DNA of 64,000 nt from Neoechinorhynchus agilis (lineage: Eukaryota; Animalia; Acanthocephala). Numbering within the stretch: position 1 is the stretch's first letter; the number at the start of each line of letters is the position of its first letter. The stretch is taken from NCBI GenBank assembly GCA_051530055.1, contig CM121343.1, forward strand, positions 7,442,044 through 7,506,043, given 5' to 3'. Below the pieces are notes generated by a model. The model did no database searches. It was given only the letters and a program-made list of their open reading frames with translations, and was not told the origin of the DNA. Both the position numbers and the translations under genes were made by a program. Shown piece by piece: positions 49,158 to 64,000 of this stretch.

Positions 49158-49880
49158 AGGCGCTCAACCGCACTCGAAGGGGACAGGACCAACTCACTTT
49201 TAGGGCCCATGGGCGATCTTAAACCTGACCCCTACTACCCTTGGAATCCAGCGACCAATCAAGCGCTCAACCGCACTCGAAGAGGGCAGAACCAACTCAC
49301 TTTTAGGGCCCATGGGCGATCTTAAACCTGACCCCTACTACCCTTGGAATCCAGCGACCAATCAAGCGCTCAACCGCACTCGAAGGGGACAGGGCCAACT
49401 CACTTTTAGGGCCCATGGGCGATCTTAAACCTGACCCCTACTACCCTTGGAATCCAGCGACCAATCAAGCGCTCAACCGCACTCGAAGGGGACAGGGCCA
49501 ACTCACTTTTAGGGCCCATGGGCGATCTTAAACCTGACCCCTACTGCCCTTGGAATCCAGCGACCAATCAAGCGCTCAACCGCACTCGAAGGGGACAGGG
49601 CCAACTCACTTTTAGGGCCCATGGGCGATCTTAAACCTGACCCCTACTGCCCTTGGAATCCAGCGACCAATCAAGCGCTCAACCGCACTCGAAGGGGACA
49701 GGGCCAACTCACTTTTAGGGCCCATGGGCGATCTTAAACCTGACCCCTACTGCCCTTGGAATCCAGCGACCAATCAAGCGCTCAACCGCACTCGAAGGGG
49801 ACAGGACCAACTCACTTTTAGGGCCCATGGGCGATCTTAAACCTGACCCCTACTACCCTTGGTATCCAACGACCAATCAA
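49158..49880. repeat. 103-bp GC-rich tandem repeat, about 7 copies
   Basis: aagcgctcaaccgcactcgaagg at 49261, 49364 and 49467 (period 103). Each unit contains gaccaatc. Confidence 0.95.
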
Positions 49881-50355
49881 GCGCACAACACTGGGCCCCA
49901 ACGCGCCCGTTTATGTCAACAAATTACAACGGCTTGCCTCCTCGAATTTCCCCGATATTTCACACAAACCTTGAGGAAATGTCGGAATTATCCGACATGT
50001 GAAATATCGAGGAAATAAATCATCGGTGATTTTTTAATATTAAGGTGACTATTGTTCATCCCACTCTAATCTATGCCATTTCGCTTTTAAAAACCGGGAA
50101 GGTGCCAGTTGGTCTCGGTTACTTTTGTTACCGATCCAATGGTTGAGTTTGAAAAGACGGGCGTAGGCGCACTACCGGTTAGAAATTCAACCAACACAAT
50201 TTCCAAGGGCTAATTCGAAGCTCGTTTGTTGGTACTTGCACAATTTGTGAGATCGTTCAAATTGAAGTGCACACACACACGAAAAAGTGTTCATTTTGGA
50301 AATGTAACCCTTTACGCAATTGAAGAAGATGATTTTTTGGCAGAAACGAATTCCC

Positions 50356-55643
<5,288 letters not shown>

Positions 55644-56349
55644 GATCGATATGGATGGATTGTGATCGAAAGGCGACGAGGCAAAGCTGTGAAAATTTGA
55701 AACTGAGCAAGTCTCGAACGTGGAAGCGAGCAGTGATGAAACTGTTCTGCAGCTTGACGACAGCTCAAGATCGGATACGACTGCATTTGCCACGCGCGCG
55801 AGTATTTAAAGCGCAGTCACAACCATCACACATTGCGCTCTCCCGTTTTCCACTCACAATTAAATTTAGTCGACTAGGCGGCGGCGGCACACGGGCGAGG
55901 AACCGCGCAGAGGGAATCGGATTTTCGCCGTGCTATAAATACGGAATGGAAAAATGCCACACTGGTGTCTCTTTTTTTGATTCGAGTTACTGCCTAGAAT
56001 GCACGGAAAAAATGACAAACTTCTATTGTGTGATTAAAAATTGAATAAATCCGGTTAGTTTTGACGCATTCCATCACAAGACGAATGAAATATCTCACAC
56101 CAACGAAGCCGGCCCCTCCTCCTCGGATAAGTGCGCACACAGAAATGTAGATGTGATCATCTATTCTCAAGTGGATTACTGAGACTATTATACACGCGCA
56201 TACACAAAAGTGACAAAAGTTTCTACAAGAAACTTTCACCCTCATTCCATAAAAAAAGAAAACTTAGCCAATGCAGTTCCTATCCTAACGTAGAACCATT
56301 CGGTGCCATTCACAACCTAATATATAAATGCAAAGTCTTCTAAGACGTT

Positions 56350-57275
56350 CTTTTTCAACAATTCTATTGAAACAGCCAAATCGCGAGTAATCGACATTAT
56401 TTAAAAAATATTCTATTAAACCATTTTTCATTTCGGATTACATCGTCGCTGAAATGAACCATTTGAACATCGTCTTGTTTGAATAATTCTATTAAAGCAG
56501 TCAAATCGCGAGTACTCGACAATATTTAAAAAATATTCTATCAAACCTTTTTACATTTCGGATTGCATCGCCGCTGAAAAAAGACATTTGAACATCGTTT
56601 TGTTTGAATAATTCTATTAAAGCAGTCAAATCGCGAGTACTCGACAATATTTAAAAAATATTCTATCAAACCTTTTTACATTTCGGATTGCATCGCCGCT
56701 GAAAAAAGACATTTGAACATCGTTTTGTTTGAATAATTCTATTAAAGCAGTCAAATCGCGAGTACTCGACAATATTTAAAAAATATTCTATCAAACCTTT
56801 TTACATTTCGGATTGCATCGCCGCTGAAAAAAGACATTTGAACATCGTTTTGTTTGAATAATTCTATTAAAGCAGTCAAATCGCGAGTACTCGACAATAT
56901 GGCGGTGGGGAAAAAATTATATCAAAGAATGATAGGAGAGATAAATGAAATCGTCGTAAACACTTGCGAACAATCGCTGAAGAAGATCCGAGATAGTGGA
57001 TCGAAATATCCAATAAAAATCTTAATTTCATTTATCTCTCCTATCAACAAATAACAATGAATTATCTTTTCAACATCAAAGAATGAATTATATTGAAATA
57101 TTTCGTCCAATAGCACTGGATTTCTTCAGTCAGATATTGCTTAAAAAAATTCTATCAAACCTTTTTACATTTCGGATTACATCGTCGCTGAAAAAAGACT
57201 TTTGAACATCGTTTTGTTTGAATCATTCTATTGAAACAGTCAAATCGCGAGTCTTCGACGTTATTTATAAATATT
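56350..57275. repeat. 125-bp satellite, left part (interrupted at 56902-57140 and by the LTR element)
   Basis: gaataattctattaaagcagtcaaatcgcgag at 56481, 56606 and 56731. The same repeat resumes at 63613. Confidence 0.93.
56902..57140. other. Insertion carrying two convergent hammerhead motifs and a 21-bp perfect inverted repeat
   Basis: Plus CTGAAGA-A-GATCC..GGATC-GAAA-TA-TC at 56977-57010, followed by AATAAA. Minus CTGAAGA-A-ATCCA..TGGAC-GAAA-TA-TT at 57097-57129. Inverted repeat at 56931-56951 / 57025-57045. Confidence 0.7.
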
Positions 57276-60200
57276 CTATTGTTGTGGTAGCTGGCATCAG
57301 TACATCCAAAAATCTACTGTCGCCGCACAAAAATGGTTTTTTTATTCAACATAACACGGAAAACGTTAACATGAACCTTATGATGTCGTTAATGGTCACT
57401 ACATAGCTCCCCTCAAGAGGGTTCTTCCGTTTTTTGCGAGGTCTGCATCGTTTAGGAGGTTGAGCGAGAATGACGGGTGATGTTGGATCGGTATACGCTT
57501 GTTTGAGGCGGTCTATCGATACGTTCTCTCGTTTTTCACCGAGATCGATCATGAAAAACCTTTCGTTGCGATCAAGTACTTCGTAAGGTCCGGTATACGG
57601 CGCCTGTATGGGATTCCCATGCTGACCGCGTCTGACAAAAACGAACGATGTTCTGCTGAGAGGTTGTAGTACAAACGTCGTCACTTTACCATGGCTCACA
57701 ACGGGTATGGGCGCAAGAGATTTAACCTTATTACGTAGCCGTTGTAGATGAGTGTGAGAATCGACTTGGCTAAGTGAAGAATTAAGAAAATCGGCAGGTA
57801 TGTTGATGGCACTTCCATATACATGCTCTGCTGCCGAGGAATCAAGGTCGGCATTGGGCGCGGTGCGAATTCCTAACAAAATCCAAGGCAATTCGTCGAT
57901 CCAATTGTTTCCGCAGAGGCGAGCTTTCAAAACCGATTTCAGATGCCTGTGGAATCTTTCTGCCATTCCATTGGATTAATGATGATACGCGGTTGTGCGG
58001 TGGAGCTTCATTCCTAAATGTTCTGCGATTGTTCTTCACAGCTCTGATATGAATTGTGGCCCTCGATCGGAAGTGATGTCGTTAGGAATACCGAAACGAG
58101 CTATCCATTGGCTGATAAATGCTCTTGCACACGTGACGGCGTTGGTATTATTTAAAGGAATCGCCTTAGGCCATCGAGTATATCGGTATATCACGGTTAA
58201 TAAATGGGTAAACCTTGTGATGCCGGCAGCGGACCTACTAAATCTATATGGATATGATCAAATCCACGTTGCGGAGGTTCGAAAGTAGAAAGCGGTGCTC
58301 GTATGCGTCTTTGAACCTTAGCCTTTTGACATCCGATGCATGACTGAACCCAGACACTAACATCCTTTGATAAACCAGGCCAAACGTATCTTGTTTTAAC
58401 CAATTTGCGGGTTGCGTTGATTCCAGGGTGGCAAACCTGGTGTACAGTTTCGAAAACTCCTTTCGTCCAAGATGATGGTACCAACGGTCTATAACAGCCA
58501 ATCGAAATGTCACACAAAATAGTTTGTCCTGCGCCATTGAAAGGAATTTCTTTCAACTGTAGCGAGGTATTCGCTGAACGATATGCCTGGATGTGTTGAT
58601 CAGACTTTTGATCTTCTGCCATCGCTTCAAACGATATTCCTTCGGAAATACTGGCTAAATAATCAACGCGGGACAATGCATCGGCAACTTGGTTCTCTTG
58701 TCCACTGATGTGTTCGATATTGGTCTTGAACTCAGATATATAATTCAAATGTCGTTCTTGACGGGCTGACCAAGGATCCGAAACTTTTGACATCGCATAA
58801 ACTAAAGGTCGATGATCAGTGTAAATCGTAAACGATCTACACTCAACGTAATATCGAAAATGTCGAACAGCGAGATACATGGCCAGAAGCTCGCGATCGA
58901 AGGTGCTGTACCGTTGTTCAGGTTCACACAGTTGTTTGCTGAAGAATGCCAGCGACTGCCATGAATCGGACGCCAATAACGAACTCGGATGCATCTGTAT
59001 TGATAGAGATTGTTGTGTCGGTCACTGAATGTGAAAGCATCGTTGCGTTTGCTAGAGCGGCTTCAGTTTTTTTCGAATGCTGAAGCCATTTCAACTGTCC
59101 AAGAAAAACTTCGTAGATTTGTTTTACCAGAAAGCGCTTGGTAGAGCGGACGCAACAGACGGGCTGCCGAAGGGATGAAATGATGATAATATTTTACCAT
59201 ACCAACAAATCCTTGCAAAGCTTTGGTGGATGTTGGAGGAGGGAAACTGCGAATCGCCCTTACTTTATCTGGCAATGGTACTGTACCCCGTCCACTCACA
59301 CGGTGTCCTATTAAATCGATCTATTCTACGCCGAACTCACACTTATCTGGGTTCAGAACGATGCCGTACTCTGAGAGTCGATCGAACAATGTTCGTAGGT
59401 GTTTCCTGTGCTCGGATCGATTTGAACTCGCGATCAGTATATCATCTAAGTAGACGAAAGCAAAATCCATACCTGAAAAAACCGTATCCATTAACCGCTG
59501 GAATGTTTGTGCAGCATTTTTCAACCCGAAAGGCATACGAAGAAATTCAAAAAGGCTAAAAGGCGTAATAATCGCAGTTTTTGGTATGTCTTGTTCCGCC
59601 ACCCGAATTTGATGATACCCTCGGACGAGGTCTATTTTCGAGAAAATTGTTGTTCCAGCGAGTTTAGCTGAAAAATCTTGTATTCGAGGAATCGGATATC
59701 TTTAGCCTGCGGTAATCGCTACAAGGACGCCATCCACCGCCTGATTTGGGTACGAGATGCAACGGAGACGACCACTGGCTATTTGAGCGTCTAATGATTC
59801 CAAGATCCTCCATATTTTTGAATTCGGATTTAGTAATAGCGAGTTTATCGGGCGGGAGGCGTCGCTGTCCAGCATGGAGTGGTTGTCCTTGTGTCTCAAT
59901 AATGTGCTCCACTGCATGTTTGGTCGAAATGTCCGAAAAGGTAGGTCTCGTTATATCGGGGAAATCTGCGAGAATTTTACTAAATTCGTTGTTCTTCGAT
60001 CCGAGGAAATCGACGCTGAGGGCTTCGATCGATACAGGAATGGAGGCTAATTGTATCATTGCGAAAGTTTCTGCACTAACCAGCTGCTTATTCCTTAAGT
60101 CGACCAGTAAACCTGAGTGTCGAAGGAAATCAGCGCCTAGGATAGGGTGTTTAACCGCGGCAAGAGTGAATATCCATTCCGTCTGAGTTTTACCGAAATT

Positions 60201-60780
60201 CAACTGCAGTAGCTTGTTGCCGAATCTTGGGATTGTTGAACCGTTTGCAGCTGTAAGTGCTCTGCCAGGGTGTTTAGTCTGTTTATCGAGTGTTGTGGCT
60301 GGAAGGACGCTGATTTCGGCACCAGTATCGACTAAGAACCGTCGTCCAGTTTGGCGTTCGTTTAGGAAAAAGAGGCTATTGACAGAGGGACCGATCATCA
60401 TTGCCTCTACTAATGATCGGTCAATTCGTTTTTTGGGTTGGCTTTCAATTTGAAATCCGCCGATCGCTTACAAGGTGATCTACATTTCCTTGCTCTACCT
60501 CCAAATTTACGGTGGTAATAGCATAAATCTGATACTGTTACTGGGATTTGCTTGGTCGCAATCTTTTTCTTAAAGGTTGCCTTGATTGCAAAATGTTGTC
60601 GGCAGCACGTGCAAGCTCACGAGGTTCGGTGATTTTCGAATGAACTAGAATAGATCGGATCTTCTTAGGCATGCGTTCAAGAAATATTTCGCGGAATAAG
60701 AAACATGGTGAGTTGCTTTCGAGGTACGCTAGCATCTCATCCATTAACGCCGAAGGCTTTTCGTCTCCAAGCTCCCTTAT

Positions 60781-63156
60781 CTATTGATGATTGTTTGATT
60801 GACAATCCGACTGAAAGGGAGAGATTTTATTGAAACACCTAGCTTTCGCCGTCCAACGGCTTCTTCAGGGTGTAATCTACAATGCGAGTGAAGTGGAAGT
60901 TCACATGAGATTCATGACGGCAGACAACTCATCCTTCTGGTTAATGAGTGTCCTACCGTCCGACCGATGCCCGCTAGAGTCCTCACGATCCCGGGTCTCT
61001 CGGGATATGATCAGCGCTTCCGCTATCGACAGTTCGACGGGATCCTGCGCTTTGTACATTATGCGCGTGGACAGCTGAACTGTTCCATCCGGGTGGACTC
61101 GCGAATAATGTTTCGCCCACGGTGTCGTCACATACGATTGCGCACTTGGGTTCAACGAGTTTCGTACATGCTCGGCCACTCTTTGGCGAAGTGGCCTTTC
61201 TGTTTTTCCCACGTACGTGACCAAGTGGCCACGGTCAATCCGACACCGTTCACACCGGATCTCGTAGACCACACTGCTCTGATCGCACATCTTCCAGTCA
61301 CGATCAATGGCTTGCTGACGCTCCTCGTCCATCCTCGCACCTGCTGCGTATCTGCACATTAGGCACGACCGAGGGCATTCCTGATGATCCTCATGATGCC
61401 TCGTTCTCGTCAGCATCCTCCGCAGCGTTCTACACCCTCTGTGCACAATACGCACATTCAACCCTGCTTGCCTGAGCAGTACTTTGACTCTCTTCGTGAA
61501 CATTTCACTCACGTACGGAATTCGTAGGATCGGCCTATCGTCCTTTCGTTCACTCATGGGTCCAGCGTCTCGTCTAATTCTATTTTCCACTTCTCGCTGG
61601 AATCCTTCGATCTCCTCTGTCGAATATCCGTTGTCCGCGAAGATCTTGTTTACTGCTTCCACCGCTCCACGCTTCGCGTCCCACGACGATGAGCAGGTGG
61701 TTGCCGATTTATGCATACCAGCGTATATCGCCGCTTTCATCGCCCAAGGATGGTGAGAATCTCGGTGCATCACAATCGACTTCCTGCATGGCTTTCGATA
61801 CCAATTGAAGTTGGACACATCGTCGGATTTGAAGCGGAGATTGAGGAATGGCAGGTAGTCCGAAGGTTGGTCTCTTGTAACTTGAATCCTCCTATTCGAG
61901 TCCATTGAATTTAATAGTGACTCAATGGTATCGACCTCATCATCCTCGGTGAAGGTCAGCAACACATCGTCCACATAGCGGAGGTAAACTTGACTCGACG
62001 CTAAATGTGGATAGATGTGCAGTCTTTCCAGGTCATCGAGGTAGAGGATGGCCAATACCGGAGCCAAACTATTTCCCATTGCGAGACCACGAACTTGCTT
62101 ATATAGCTGGTTTCGATAACGAAAAAGGTTGCACTTCAATACCAATCGTGTCAGACCAATAACATCGTCTGGTAGTAGACCAAAGAGGTCAAGATCTTCA
62201 TTCTCCTTCAACCTTTTCTCCAGCGCACGTACTGCTCCCTCGTTGTCCACATTGGTGTACAATGCCACGAAATCAAAAGACATTACGCGACTGTTGGTCA
62301 ATTCATTCTGTCGCGATCGCAACGTTGATAACAGCTCATCAGTATTACTCACAAATGCCCGTGTCCTCCGTAGCAATGGACCGATAGCCGAAGCCAGGAA
62401 ACGAGAAACACGGTACGCTGGTCCATTAACCGCAGATATGATTGGTCTGCATTTCAGCAATGAGGCTGCTTGCGGTGTAACCGGACCAATAGGCATCTTG
62501 TGTGTCTTGACCAATCCGTACATCACCGGCGTACGTAATGGACCGTGTGTGAAACTGCTCATCCCTTTCAACTCTCGAGCCGATATCACTTTTCGAAGAG
62601 CAGCATTCAACTCCTTGCGCTGTTGCTCACATTCGTCTTTTGTCGCCATTGTATATGTATCAGTGTGACCCAATAACGTCCCCATCATCGCACTTTCCAC
62701 GCTGCTTTCCATCGCCACGAGATCACCTGCATTATCGCTCACTGTTATCCTCATCTCCTTCTTTTGCACTTTCTCTTTCAGAGACCTCAGTGCTCGTCGT
62801 TCACTCAACGGAAGATTCGGTTTCGAGCGGTAATCCATATAACGATCCGTCAAGTTTTCTATGCCCTCTCGCAACATCAACAATTTTCTCTCGGTGTGGT
62901 CATCAGCTCTCGGTACTGCGAATACATTCCTTTCGAAATCAAAACGCGGTCGAGATCGCGAGACACACTCAGGTTCACAACTAGGCGGTGCATTAGCCTC
63001 TGCAGCAACCAGACGTTCCCCATCACGAACAGCTTTTACCCGTAGTTGGTACGCTAAGCGCGCGACGTCCACTTGCAATTGGAATACATCCTCTTTCCTC
63101 AGTGCATGTGTCGGTGCAAAGGACGGTCCACGTGAGAGAACCATACGTTCATGCGC
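60781..63156 (-). mobile_element. 5'-truncated Penelope-like element with an uninterrupted RT plus GIY-YIG ORF (60901-63144), inserted in gag
   Basis: VLSRGPSF, LVKTHK..CRPIIS, SFDFVALYTN, QVRGLAMGNSLAP, YLRYVDD, YRKP, YEIRC..YVGKTERPLRQRVAEH. The 14-bp TSD ccaagctcccttat at 60767-60780 and 63157-63170 splits gag at IRELG. Confidence 0.95.
60835..60873 (-). ncRNA. Minimal type-I hammerhead ribozyme in the Penelope 3' end
   Basis: ACACC-CTGAAGA-A-GCCGT-tgg-ACGGC-GAAA-GC-TA-GGTGT: 5-bp helix I, 5-bp helix II, palindromic helix III, CUA cleavage triplet, AATAAA just downstream. Confidence 0.88.
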
Positions 63157-63612
63157 CCAAGCTCCCTTATGTGAAGGATTCGATTTGTCCTCTTACTCTG
63201 TGAAGAACTATACGTTTCCAGCAAGCGCTCTTTGAGCTGGGCGTACTCTCCTGACTTTGGTGGTGATTCCAGAATGTCGAAAATCCTTATAGCAGTGTCT
63301 TGATCAAGTGAAGCAGTAACGTAGTGATATTTTGTTTCATCTGTTGAAATATTGAGCCTCAGCTTGGACAAACCAGATTCGTGGTTGTTGTGACTAAAAC
63401 CGTGGGAGCTTCAGAGAAACGGTATTCAAGTTGCTATTCGCTTCTACTGTCGAAATACGGTCGACAGCGTGGGGGTCACCAATTGTTGTGGTAGCTGGCA
63501 TCAGTAGATATCGAAAAATCTACTGTCGCCGCACAAAAATGGTTTTTTATTCAACATAACACCGAAAACGTTAACATGAACCTTATGATGTCGTTAATGG
63601 TCACTACACTAT

Positions 63613-64000
63613 GAAACCTTTTTCATTTCGGATTACATCGTCGCTGAAACAAGACATTTGAACATCGTTTTATTTGCATAATTCCATTAAAACAGTCAAA
63701 TCGCGAGTCCTCGACGTCATTTAAAAACATTCTATCAAAAATTTTTACATTTCGGATTACATCGTCGCTGAAACAAGACATTTTAACACCGTTTTGTTTG
63801 AATAAAAATATTCTATCAAACCTTTTTCATTTCGGATTACATCGTCGCTGAAAAAAAGACTTTTGAACATCGTTTTGTTTGAATAATTCTATTAAAGCAG
63901 TCAAATCGCGAGTCCTCGACATCATTTAAAAAAAATTCCATCAAACCTTTTTACATTTTGGATTACATCGTCGCTAAAAAACGACATTTGAACATCGTTT
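63613..64000. repeat. 125-bp satellite, right part
   Basis: Same unit as 56350-57275 (tttcggattacatcgtcgctgaaa..gacatttgaacatcg). Confidence 0.9.

Larger units (their letters stand above)
57280..63608 (-). mobile_element. Gypsy (Mag-like) LTR retrotransposon, full length but frameshifted
   Basis: LTRs at 57280-57403 and 63484-63608 (TG...CA) with TSD ctat on both sides. PBS tggtgacccc at 63472-63481 (matches the tRNA-Trp 3' end); PPT gaggggagcta next to 57404. gag LKLPRF*..WFVQAEAQ; protease FLVDTGAEIS; RT YLDD; RNase H RELLAMYLAV; integrase H..CHPG..C..C and AERFHRHLKS. Confidence 0.96.

Noticed and set aside
57280-57403. LTR length (124-125 bp) equals the satellite period (125 bp)
   Set aside because: There is no sequence similarity between the LTR and the satellite unit, so this is probably coincidence.

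Overview
AT-rich eukaryotic (invertebrate animal) genomic DNA. The mollusc/flatworm-type myosin essential light chain and the very short introns suggest a spiralian, possibly a rotifer/acanthocephalan-like animal; this is inference only. Compact, intron-poor host genes are RAPGEF2/PDZ-GEF, APRT, an LRR transmembrane protein, a frameshifted furin-like convertase, VPS54, an IVNS1ABP-like BTB-kelch gene, myosin ELC, SLC25A19 and RAB3. Between them lie many satellites and retroelement relics: an L2/CR1 LINE, two RLE-type non-LTR fragments, a Tigger remnant, a decayed Penelope fragment, and a Gypsy LTR element (4-bp TSD, tRNA-Trp PBS) whose gag is split by a young Penelope-like element (14-bp TSD). 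The most striking observation is that many otherwise unrelated repeats carry minimal type-I hammerhead ribozyme motifs (YUGANRA-N-helix II-GAAA-2-nt palindromic helix III-UH). Helix II sequences differ completely between families yet stay paired. Several motifs sit in tandem units of 153-335 bp, or in palindromes with a motif on each strand. Variant cores occur (U3:A8, U3:G8, GCAGAA). This points to a diverse family of retrozyme-like elements, some ambisense, plausibly mobilised by Penelope elements. Ribozyme activity is inferred from sequence only, and helix I is weak in most repeat-borne copies.
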